DNA from: Octopus bimaculoides
Lineage: Eukaryota
Direction: 5' to 3'
Length of the DNA stretch: 35,590 nucleotides
Assembly (NCBI RefSeq): GCF_001194135.2
Contig: NC_068988.1
Span: 39,027,999 to 39,063,588, forward strand
Below are positions 11,162-21,997 of this stretch, one piece after another. How positions within the stretch are numbered: the stretch's first letter is position 1; each line of letters begins with the position of its first letter. A model generated the notes under the pieces. It was not told the origin of the DNA. It saw nothing but the letters and a program-made list of their open reading frames with translations, and made no database searches. A program made the position numbers and the translations under genes.

Positions 11162-11350
11162 GAATATAAATTCTCATTTGTACCTATCGTCATAGATGCA
11201 TTAAGTTATATACCAACAAAGTTGAACGAAAACCTAGAAATAATCGGGTTCACTGAGAAAGAGCAAAAGAAACTGATGAGGATTCTCTAAATCCAATCTA
11301 TTAGTGGCACAGTGAAAATTTGTATGACATTCCGAAAATTCTCCATCTGA
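11162..11350 (+). mobile_element. R4/Dong-like LINE, 3' terminal fragment
   Basis: Translates to EYKFSFVPIVIDALSYIPTKLNENLEIIGFTEKEQKKLMRIL*IQSISGTVKICMTFRKF. This resembles the C-terminal 'PIVIGALG...IQSI.GTVKI' region of restriction-like-endonuclease LINEs and has one in-frame stop. Confidence 0.7.
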
Positions 11351-12107
11351 GATTCATATGTGAATAGATGCACATACTAGGTTGTACGCATCGACAGTTC
11401 AGCCGACGCAATTCAACCTCATATTTACAAATACTGGGAACTCTCTTAACTAAAAAATGTCTTGTCGTTTTGTTAGCGGCCGGTTTGAACTCTCTCAAGA
11501 ACTTCAATAAAACTCCAGCATGGCCGCAATCAAATGACTGAGACGAATAAAAAATAAAAGAATACATACATACGTGAGTACGCACACACGTGTATATCAA
11601 CATGTATACACGTGCATACATCATATATACGCACACATATGTATGTGTGTTTGTGTGTGTGAGTATGTTTTCATTTTCTGGCTTCAGTCATTAGACTCTT
11701 GTCATTCTAGTTCACTCTCTTCAAAGTTTTAGTTGATTGGTGAATTCCAGTATATTCTTAATTCGTCGAATCGCTATTGACGACAGTGTATCACCCNNNN
11801 NNNNNNNNNNNNNNNNNNNNNNNNNCCCCCCGCACACACACAGAGTTTGATCTGTAAGGAGTTGTACAATCCGAAGTTTAAGTAGAGGACTGCCCAAGGT
11901 TTCACGCAGTGTATAGAACTTCTGAACCACATGACATTGCTTGCGTTGAAAAATTGTTTTTTTTTCTCTTTTATTTTTTAAAATACGTATTAATTTTTAC
12001 TTTCGCATATTTCTTCACGGAATTTTGGTTTTGTAGTTAATATAAGTTTCTAAAATATATAATACAAAATAACTCTCTCTCTTTTTCTCTTTCACACACA
12101 TAGACTT

Positions 12108-12369
12108 TATTTCATTCACAGGCGAGATCCCACTACTGCTCGGCACGGAGTCTTTTGCCTGCTGCGTTTCCGCCCTGGACCGAAGCGACCCTCCTTAGAC
12201 AACCTGGTCCTGATGAGCTCCCTCTCCAGCACCATATTGATGCCGAGCTTAGCGCGGACACCCGATCGCCATAGAAGACCGACTACCAGGACTCCCATCC
12301 TCAAACCGGCCAACCAACCAACCAAGCTTCCGAGTAGCTGGATTACAGGAGCACGCCACAACTCCCAGC
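12108..12369 (-). pseudogene. 7SL: 7SL (SRP RNA) processed retrocopy, 3'-truncated, with 17-bp target-site duplication
   Basis: The minus strand reads GCTGGGAGTTGTGGCGTGCTCCTGTAATCCAGCTACTCGG...CGATCGGGTGTCCGCGCTAAGCTCGGCATCAATATGGTG...ACCAGGTTGTCTAAGGAGGG...CCAGGGCGGAAACGCAGCAGG...CAGTAGTGGGATCTCGCCTGTGAAT, matching metazoan 7SL block by block. It stops about 45 nt short of the canonical 3' end. The TSD TTCACACACA(T/C)AGACTT is at 12091-12107 and 12370-12386. Confidence 0.9.
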
Positions 12370-12839
12370 TTCACACACACAGACTTACTAACGCAAACTT
12401 ATTCATAAACATACACGCATGCTAGCTAAGTAATCGTTCATTAGACAGCTGGATACCCCAAAGGCAAGTCCTTATGACCTAGAAAGGTTTGTGAAGCGTG
12501 TTTGTGGAAACTTTCTAGAATGTCTTATACCAACGTACAACTAACGTTACAATTTGAATGACACATTAGATGTTCAATACGAATTACATTATGCGCGCGC
12601 ACACACACGCACGCACACACATCCACATAAATACATGCACATATACTTATACTTACATAAATCCACACAGACATGAAAACCTCTAACCTGAAACTTCGAA
12701 GTTACTGCTAACCTTTTATAAGTAAAAGTTGATAAATATATAACTTCATGTATGTATGTATGTATGTATGTATATATGTATGTATGCATTCATGTATGTA
12801 TGCATGTATGAATGTGTGTGCAGGTATATTTATAGTCTT

Positions 12840-13032
12840 TTATTTTTATTTATTTCAGTCATTTGACTGCGGCCACGCTGGAGCACCACCATTAGTCGAA
12901 CAAAACGACCTTATGACTTATTCTTTGTGAGCCTAATACTTATTCTATCAGTCACTTATGCCGAACCTCCAAGTTACGGGAACGTAAACACATCAACATC
13001 GGCTGTCAAACGATGGTGGGACACATACACAC

Positions 13033-13076
<44 letters not shown>

Positions 13077-13250
13077 ATATATACACGACGGGATTTTTTT
13101 CAGTTTCTGTCTACCAAGTCCACTTACAAGGCTTTGGTCAAGCTGAGGCTATCGTCGAAGACACTGGCCCATGGTGCCACGCAGTGGGACTGAACCTCGA
13201 ACCATGTGGTTGGCAAGCAAGTTTCTTATCACACAGCCACTCCTGCGCCT
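12840..13250 (-). mobile_element. SINE family B, full-length
   Basis: Reverse complement of the 9276-9700 copy, with an internal (CA)n. Confidence 0.85.
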
Positions 13251-13609
13251 ATATGTGTACAGATATGTATATATATATATATATGTTCAGTATATATACT
13301 TGTATATATGTTCCTCTTTCTCTCTGTATAAATGTGTATGTGTGTGCACGTGTGTGTGTGTAATGACGTCACGTATCCATACAAGTGAGCTTGTATAGGC
13401 TGATACTTTTAATGCTCATCCTCCCTCTCACCTTACTCATGCTCGACCCTACACAGCAGTTAATGTTACACATCTAACCACTTTTCTCTATAAATCTCTA
13501 AACCTTTCATATTTAGTTACTACGGCTCACTACTCTCCAACTTCACATACCTCACATATGATTCATGAGATTCGTACCCTCTGCACTTTTAAACAAATAG
13601 ATAGCTACA

Positions 13610-13910
13610 CAGATAGGTAGATAGATAGGTAGATAGATAGGTAGATAGATAGATAGATAGATGGATAGATAGATAGGTAGGTAGATAGATGGATAGATAG
13701 ATAGATAGATAGATAGATACGTATATAGATAAGTAGATGGATAGATAGGTAATTAGATTCATAGCAAGATAGAGAGATAGAGCGAGAGAAAAAGAAAGAG
13801 AGAATTGATAGATAGGTAGAGAGAGAGAGAGAGGGGGAGAATTAATCGACAGAGAGAGAGAGAGAGAGAGAGGGAGGGAGAGCGAGCGAGCGAGTGACCG
13901 AGAGAGAGAG
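13610..13910. repeat. (GATA)n and (GA)n microsatellites
   Basis: Direct inspection. Confidence 0.9.
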
Positions 13911-14716
13911 AAGGAATTTGCTGTCAGCAGAAACAGAAGCTCCTTTCACTCCATTTTCTTTGTCTCTCTACGGAGTCCTCGCCGACAATCATGTACACCA
14001 GAAAGTAGAAGTCATGTTTGGGCAGTTCAAAGGCATCATTCACTTCAGAACCACGCAGTTTCAGGTTCGATCTCGTTGCATATCAGTCTACCATTACATG
14101 AACTCTACTCAGAGGATCCAACTGTAGCTCCTAAATGAACAGTAAGAGAGTAATGACACAGTTCTAGTAAAGTGGCTGACATACAACTGACAGCCCCTCA
14201 CAGAAAATAGTAAAAACTGTTTTCCCTACTATTTTATTAATGAGCAAACAGAATAGAGCTTGTTGTTTGTTACTCATCATGATAATAGATATATTTAAAG
14301 CGTTAAAACCGTCATAATTTGTTCGTCTTCTTTTCATTTCTCACAACCCCATTTAGTGGTGCCTTTCCGTCTACTATGAGAACCGCTGCTCTCGAGGTAT
14401 CTGTATACCAAACTATTCATTGTATTCCACAGTGTTAACTTTACTTAAAATACATCATGCAGCGTTCTTACGACTATCCCTGACTATTCATATATAACTT
14501 ATTTTCTCGAATATTATCGGATTGCGGAACAGAGGCCCATGTCATCCGAAAACGCTTTTCAGATAAATAGATGTCAACAAGAATGGTTTGTTCTCACAAA
14601 CATCTTTCTCTAACAATGTTTCATTGAAAGTGTTGTTGATACCGCTGCACTCCTATTTCTATACATGCGGATACAATCCCTATACTTCGATACTCAAAGA
14701 AATAAGAGCATATACA

Positions 14717-14737
14717 TTAGACTGATAACAAGAATAA
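14717..14737 (-). CDS. Putative last coding exon (LFLLSV*) of the LDLa/mucin gene
   Basis: Strong acceptor tttctttttatttttatgcatttgcctttaccatAG. Phase 0 from the 15162 donor gives ...VFVWCLIFVLVCNW|LFLLSV-stop. A candidate AATAAA lies at 14232-14237 on the minus strand. Confidence 0.6.
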   Translation of the reverse strand, partial: LFLLSV

Positions 14738-14775
14738 CTATGGTAAAGGCAAATGCATAAAAATAAAAAGAAATT

Positions 14776-15125
14776 AGGTGTTACTGTGTGGTAAAAAGCT
14801 TGCTTCCCTACCACATGGTTTGGGGCTTAGTCCTACAGCGTGGCACTTCGGGCCGACTAACGCCTTGTGAGTGGATTTGGTAGAAGGAAACTGAAAGAAG
14901 CCTGTCATATATATGTGTGTTCGTGTGTGTCTGCGTTTGTCCCCCGCCCCTACCGCTTGACAACCGGTGCTGTTGTATTTACGCCCCCGTAACATAGCTT
15001 TTCAGCTTAAGAGCGATAAGTACCGAGCTTTAAAAAAAATGTAATTATTGGGGTCGATACATTCGACTAAAAATTCTTCAAGGCGGTGCCCCAGTATAGC
15101 CGCAGTCTAATGACTGAAACAACTC
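14776..15125 (+). mobile_element. SINE family B occupying most of the putative last intron
   Basis: Head gtgttactgtgtggtaaaagcttgcttccctaccacatgg..., body and 3' end ggcggtgccccagtatagccgcagtc. Confidence 0.8.
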
Positions 15126-15161
15126 AAAAAAAAAAAAAGAGAAACCAAAAAGGAGACTTAC

Positions 15162-15524
15162 CCAATTGCACACTAAAACGAAGATAAGGCACCAAACAAA
15201 AACTCCTTGGAACATGGTCTGCCGATGTCTATTAGAAGAATTTTTGCTACGAACACCACCAACTTTTTGAACCGAGTTCGTCTGATCTCCATGGTTACTG
15301 CTCTGGTCAGACTCATTCCTTAGTTTTTCTTCTTCTTCTTTTCGCTTCCTTTCTTTGCGCTGTCTTCTTCGTTCTTCTCGCTCCAATTGGTTATTACCTT
15401 CGTCGCCAGGATATGGAGTCGTTCGTCTACGATTATTTCTTTGGTTTTGTCTCCTTCGATGCTGCTCATCATCAGAATCTTTCGTTTGGTCCAATATGTG
15501 GAATGTTCTGTTTTCGGCTTCACC
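15162..15524 (-). CDS. Charged Arg/Glu/Lys-rich exon ending in a hydrophobic stretch
   Basis: 363 nt, phase 0-0, and open from acceptor ttcaAG to a consensus donor TGG|GTAAGT. Encodes GEAENRTFHILDQ...EREERRRQRKERKRKEEEEK...SKNSSNRHRQTMFQGVFVWCLIFVLVCNW. Confidence 0.7.
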
Positions 15525-16857
15525 CTTGAAAGTATTAAATAATAATAGAACCAATATTAATACTAATATTAATATAAGAGTTGTTGTTATTTCTAACATA
15601 AGCAAATGGCTACAGATTTGTGGGGATTAAATTTATCATCGTTAATTGATTAGTAATTATTGTATCGATCCCAGAATGGATCTCAGACAAACCCACTCGG
15701 CGGAATTTGAACTGAGAATTTAAAGTGATGCAACTAATTACTGCAAGACATTTTGTCATTCCGTTCCACTGCCATGTTGATTAATAATAATGCTGTTAAT
15801 TAATAAACCATGGTTTCTGACATAGACAAAGGGCCTAAAAAGGCGGTGGGGGTTATGTAAGGTATGAAATCGATCCAAGAACTTGATTAGTTCCTACTTG
15901 GGAAGAATTTAAGACAAAGTCAATTCTGGTGAGATTTGAGGTCGGAACATAAAGGACCGAGTTTAAATATTGATACTCTGCCGATTTTTTCATGCACCAC
16001 CTTTAAAAGTGATTTGTAACAAGGCCTGAAATCTTGAAGGAAGCCAAATATATCAAGCCCAATACTTGACTGGTATTTTGTTTATCGACCTCGTAAAGAT
16101 AAGAAGTAAAATTGGTCTCAGCTGGATTTGAACTTAGAACGTAAAAAAGATGGAACGAACAGCACAAAACATTGTGTGCGATGTTTTAAACGATCTTACC
16201 ACATCCCCGTTCTTATCATTGTCACCCACCTTCATAATAATGGATTCAAATTTTGGCACAAGGCTAGCAAATTTCGAGGGTGGAGGCAAGTTGATTACAT
16301 TGACCCCTGTGTTCAAATGGTACTTATTTTATCGACCCCGAAAGGATGAAAGGCAAAGTCGACCTCGGTGGATTTTGAACTTAAAAACAAACGAAAGTGG
16401 GTATGTTATATTGACTTATATTTATTTTATATACCCCGAAAGACGAAAAGGATTTGAACGCAGAACCTGAAGGGCGGCCGGTTTAATTAGACACCGAGAG
16501 GTATTTAATATGTATACCTCAACTAATTACTCTACGGTACCCATCGTCCTGATAATGATTGTTAAACCTCTTGTAAAAGACACAGATGGACATAAGTCAT
16601 TTTACAGAAATATTATTTTAAGCAAAGAGACAAATTAAAGAAATTCGGATAAACTAAAGTGTTTAATGATAATGTTTACTATAATATTTTGTATCAATGA
16701 CATAGTATTCATAATAATATTATTTTTTTCTTGTTTTACATAACGAAATGATTATGTGAAAATTTAGCTTAATTGTACGCTACAGATAATACTAGAATTA
16801 AGGTGGTTTTATCTTTTAAGACTAGAATTAAGATTGTTTTAAGTTCTTTTATTTTGA

Positions 16858-16883
16858 TTAAAAAAAGGAACAACAATAAATAC
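16858..16883 (-). CDS. Putative alternative terminal exon (GIYCCSFF*)
   Basis: Strong acceptor ...ttcggtaatttttcctccAG, phase 1 from the 16976 donor via a 92-nt intron. AATAAA follows a few nt after the stop. Confidence 0.3.
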
Positions 16884-16975
16884 CTGGAGGAAAAATTACC
16901 GAAAAGCAAAGAAACCCAACAGAAATACACCAAACAAGCAATGGAAATAATAATAATAATGATGCTTTATACTAC

Positions 16976-17032
16976 CTTGAGGGTAGGCCCATTCTCCAGG
17001 CCACACTCGACATTCCCTTTCAGCAAAGTTTA
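16976..17032 (-). CDS. Putative small exon (L)NFAERECRVWPGEWAYPQ(G)
   Basis: 57 nt, phase 1-1. Acceptor tttgctgtcccatctAG, donor AAG|GTAGTA. It abuts a degenerate SINE, so it is uncertain. Confidence 0.4.
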
Positions 17033-20000
17033 CTAGATGGGACAGCAAAATTTACTGAGATGGTTGGTCAATAATTGACTAGTCCCATTTTTTATCGAAC
17101 CCCGGGGAATGAAAATTAAAATAGATTCTAGTTGAATTTGAACTTAAAGCATAATAACAGCAAGGACCGAAACTCTACTAACTGGGTAATTAATAATAAT
17201 AATAATCCCTTCTACTGTAGGTACAAGGCCTGAAATATTGGAGGAGGGGACTAGTCGATTACATCGACCCAGTGCTTAACTGCTACTTTATTTTATCGAC
17301 TCCGAACGGATGAAACGAAAAGTTGACCTTGGCGGAAAATGAACTCAGATCGCAAAAACTGACAAAATGTCACTAAGCAGTTTGCCCGGCGTGCTAACCA
17401 TTCTGCCAACTCGCCACCTTATTAAAAATACTATAACCATTTTACTTTAGGCACAGGGCGTGAAATTTGGCGGGAGGGGTAAGTCGATTACATTAACCCC
17501 CAGTACTCAACTGGTACTTAATTTATCGACCTCAAAAGATGAAAGGCAAAGTCGACCTCGGCAGAATTTGAACTCAGAACGTAGCAGCAGACGAAATACC
17601 GTTAAGCATTTCGTCCGGCGTGCTAACGATTCTGCTACCTCACTGCCTTAATAATAATAATAACGATTTCTGATATTGGATTCCAACCATTTGTAGAGAG
17701 TGCATTGTTGATTATATTGATCTCCGTACTTGATTCACACTTATTATATTGATACGCAGATTTGTCAAAAAAGAAGAGAGAAGAATGTTTTTGATAGAAT
17801 TTCAACTTGGAACGCACGGCAAGGTAAACTGCATTCTGTAACCATTTAAACCAGCCCTTCACTGACTCTCATATCCGTCAATTAAGAGAGTGAAATATAC
17901 ATTGAAGTGAAACTGATTGTTTAGCTGAATCGTAGAATAGCGGAATAATATTAGTGACAGTATTTGTTTCTGCTTTCCGAGTTGAAATTCTTCTGTATAT
18001 CAGTTTTGCTTTTCATTGTTTTGGGAGTGAGAAATAAAGAGCCAATCATCTACTAAATCGATTTTTCTCGTCTCACGGAATAAATTACGTTGTAATGTGA
18101 GAAGGATCAAGGAGACCACTCAGAACATCGAAAAATACAGAAATTAAGGGATGACGAATTGGCTGACCATTTCTTATAGAAAAAGAGAAAAATGCACTCC
18201 TCTACAAAAAAAAAAAAAAAAAAAAAANNNNNNNNNNNNNNNNNNNNNNNNNNNNNNNNNNNNNNNNNNNNNNNNNNNNNNNNNNNNNNNNNNAAAAAAA
18301 AAAAAAAAAAACGAAGCGTTTGGGTTCTTCATGTAATCAATAGTTGTATAAACCATTATATAGGAAACGAACTAAAAAATTACTATTGAGTCAGTAGCAG
18401 AATACATACATACATACATATATATATTGTGCTGTTGACACATAACTAATATAGACCAAAAGACAAACCAAATGAACGAATAAAAAAAATGAAATAAAAA
18501 TCAAACAAAATAAACTATACCTAAAGAAATCCAAATCCCCCCCCCCCAAGAAAACCCAAAGAAATCCAAATCCAAACCAAGAAGTTATTTAGAAGAGAAA
18601 AAGAGAAAACACACATAGAAAACCGCACAAACGCACACAAAACAGTACAATATGAATCTATTAACGATACTGATTTCTAAAACTTGGCACATGGTCATAG
18701 AATTCAGAATGAGGGTAGGTGGGGTGGGTATTGGCAATTCAATACATACTAATGATTCCTGTCGTTGACAATAAGGCTGTCACACATTTTTTTTTCTTTT
18801 GTGCTGGGTGAAGAGAAAGGAGTAGTCGATTTTACTGAACCCTAATTAACCACTGGTATTTCATTTTATCCACACTAGAATAGGCCTTCATCATATAGGC
18901 ACATGGCCTAAAATGTTGGAGAAGGGGTCAAGTCAATAACATTGACCCCGATACTCAACTACTACATATTGCATCGACCCCGAAAGGATGAAAGACAAAG
19001 TCAACCACGTGAGGATTTGAACTCCTAACGTAAAGATGGACGAAATGCCGCTCAAGATTTTGTCCGACGTGCTAAGGATTCTATCAGCTTGCCATATTAC
19101 CATTCACAAGAATGATGAACGTAAAAACGGACAATGTGTCACTCAACATTTTCTCCTGCGTGCTAAGGATTCTGTCAGCTCGCCGCTTTACCGTCACAAG
19201 AATAATATAAGGTCAAGTTGAGCATAGCAAGATTTAAACTCAGAACTTTAAAGAATACAACTAAATAAATTAAACAGCACTAGGCGTTTTGCATGTCGCT
19301 GTATCGGTTCTGCCATTCAATTTGCTTCATTACTAAATAGCAAGTCGTGAATTTAAGATGAGCGGAGTTAGTCGATTAAATCGACTCAAGTATTTAACTG
19401 GTACTTTTCTTTTCTCTATCCTACGAGGATAACACCCAAGTAGATCCCGGTGAGATTTGAATGTAAAAGAGCAGAACAAATACTGCAAGGTATTTTCCTC
19501 ACAGCATTTACGATTCAGTTGTCAAATAATTATTTTTAACCAAAGTACAAAGTTACACGTTTCGCAGCAGAGTTGTCGTTCTTTATATGCCCTGCTCCCG
19601 AGAATTTGATTGGTACCTTATTCCATAGAGTACAGAACAATGACAGCAGATATCTTGGTCTTATTATGAAACAATGTTAAGCACGGTGGATTAGCAGTAA
19701 CTCTGGGGTGACTGACAAGATGATTTGTGATGACTATTTTAAATCTCGAGTTCAAATCCTGCCGACGTCGACTTCAGGCTCGGTATAATAAATATTCTTT
19801 TCTATTCTTGGCACAAGGCCGGAAATTTGTGGGAGGGGGGCCAGTCGATTAGGTCAACCCCAGTACACAACTGGTACTTAATTTATCGACTCAGAAAAGA
19901 TGAAAGGCAAAGTCGACCTCAGCGGAATTTGAACTCAGAACGTAGCAGCAGACGAAATACCGTTAAGCATTTCGCCCGGCGTGCTAACGTTTCTGCCAGC

Positions 20001-20437
20001 TCGCCGCCTTTCAGTATAATAAATATCAAATCAGTGAAACATTGAAGTTGCTAATAATTTTTAGTGGTTTCATTTTCCTGAAGAGCGACTTAAATGCTTT
20101 AACTAGAGTGTATATTTGTTTTCTACTTATTTAATCAACTGCATAACGGCAGATAGTCACAGTTACCCTCAATGTAAAGGGGTGTATCAACAGCGGAGCA
20201 CCATACCGCAAGGTATGCTTGTTCGACACTCCGACATTTCATTCACACCTCGTGTGTGTGTGTATATGTGTGCGTGTGCGCGCAGTTATTAGTATACACT
20301 CTTGAAACAGTATCATATTAAAATACCTGTGATTATAAATCTTATAATGTATACATTAACATGGAACGGTACTGCATGTAATATTTTGTCACAGAGAAAA
20401 TTCTGGAAAAGCAACTGCCTTTTCACGTTTGTATATA

Positions 20438-21186
20438 CAGGGTGGGACAGAGAAGACGAACGTTTTTGAAATAATTATTTCTCAGCCCCAGTGGAAGAGA
20501 CATATGCCCGACAAGTACCATTCGGTCCGTGATGTCTTAGCATGTTTTCCTTTCAGGTGAAGCTATGGCACTGTGGACGATAGAACATCGTGTGTTTGCC
20601 TACGACAGTTACGTGAAGAATAACGAGTCTGTCACAGCAGTTCAGCGTGAGTTTCGGCGCCACTTCAACATTCACCGAAATCAGGCTGTTTCCTCCCGTA
20701 ATACAATCTTACGTTGGGTAAATGCACTTCGTACACGAAATAATTAAGGAATAGGAAACCAGTGGTGGCGCCACAAACGGTACGGACCCCGGAAAATGTG
20801 GAACGCGTTAGGCAAGCTTTGATACGGAGTCCAAATCGCTCTGCTCGGAGGCATTCCACTGAACTTGGTATCGATAATCGACCGGTAAGGCGTATTTTGT
20901 ATGAAGACCAGCATTTCCACACATAAAAATTGGTCATTGGACAATAGTTGAAACCATGGAACTATGCACAGAGCAATGCTGGAGAGATTGGAGGCTAATT
21001 TCCAAGAACACCTTCAGAAATGCATCAATGAAAACGGACATCACATGATAGATGTTGTTTTCAACACTTAATTTTAACAAATACTAATTCAATACAAACA
21101 TATTGATGCCAATAAAATTTGTTTGCAGCTAATATTAATGATTTTGTGAATTTTTCAAAAACGTCCGTTCGCTCTGTTCCGCCCTG
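20438..21186 (+). mobile_element. Internally deleted Tc1/mariner DNA transposon
   Basis: 34-bp TIRs CAGGGTGGGACAGAGAAGACGAACGTTTTTGAAA (6 mismatches between ends) and a TA duplication at 20436-37 and 21187-88. The N-terminal HTH MALWTIEHRVFAYDSYVKNNESVTAVQREFRRHFNI (DUF4817-like) and the C-terminus NFQEHLQKCINENGHHM are present. The catalytic core is deleted and the reading frame is broken. Confidence 0.9.
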
Positions 21187-21254
21187 TACTTTATAACTTT
21201 TACAGAAGCGATATTTTAATCTAGTGCTGTTCTAAGTACGAATATTAATATATA

Positions 21255-21997
21255 CCGTAAATCCTCGAGTATAATCCGCATTTTTTTCCTAAAATTTAAA
21301 GGTCAAAATCCCTAGTGCGTACTATATACGAGGTTAAAAATAACAAATATTTTCTAAGCGATGCCCTAGTCTCTATTTGCTGTCCGGCAATGTTTATTCA
21401 GACGCATTTTGTGATGTCGGGCGCGAAAATACCTTGAAAGCAATGAAGTCATAAAAGAATCATCCATAATTTGCAGTAATCAACATTTATTAAAATAAAA
21501 GTGTTGTATATCGTCTGCACTGGATGGTACTCAGGATGACGTTGTATGGAAAGATGAAATAAATGCAAGTGAATCTTCTGATGTTGACTATGAATCTGAC
21601 GGTGACGGAGATTTACACTATAATGATGCTGACATGTTTACGGAGGAACAAATGGAACAGTTATTTGATGCTGAAAGTGACGTTGAATTGGGAGGATTTG
21701 AATAAATGTTTTTGCTTATTCTTTTGTAACGGATAGTGATAAATATTTAAAGACAATTTACTTAATATTTATTTTTCACTGACGTTATTACTGTTATTTC
21801 TTTATTTTCTGCAAATTGCACAAAAAGCTACACGTTTGCATTATGTTTACAAACCAAGGACGTTATATAGACCTCCTTGACTCAAGTTAGAGAAGGGGTG
21901 CGTATTATACACAAGGTTTAGGTTTTTCAGAGGTACAGCCCCCTAAAAATCTCCTGCGTATTATACTCAAGGGCGGACTATACTCGAGGATTTACGG
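21255..21997 (+). mobile_element. Internally deleted pogo/Tc2-type DNA transposon
   Basis: 25-bp TIRs CCGTAAATCCTCGAGTATA(A/G)TCCGC, a TA duplication at 21253-54 and 21998-99, and subterminal TGCGTA(C/T)TATA repeats. A remnant of the acidic transposase C-terminus reads KCCISSALDGTQDDVVWKDE...FDAESDVELGGFE* (~21499-21705). Confidence 0.9.

Larger units (their letters stand above)
15640..20010 (-). mobile_element. Dense array of about 12 SINE family A copies and fragments, almost all on the minus strand
   Basis: The diagnostic block atcgac(c/t)ccgaaaggatgaaaggcaaagtcgacctcggcggaatttgaactc recurs near 15660, 15900, 16085, 16330, 17090, 17295, 17525, 18965, 19200, 19440 and 19885. The cleanest copies are 17203-17420, 17440-17650 and 19795-20010. 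Boundaries are approximate. Confidence 0.8.

Noticed and set aside
12116-12425. Overlapping GC-rich ORFs (81 aa on -, 70 aa on +) and an apparent + strand acceptor ttcattcacAG
   Set aside because: The region is fully explained by the 7SL retrocopy.
18085-18175. Possible exon RNGQPIRHPLISVFFDVLSGLLDPSHITT using the alternative 22489 donor
   Set aside because: It needs phase 2-2 and leads to no compatible downstream exon without a stop. The phase-1 path to 17032 is more coherent.
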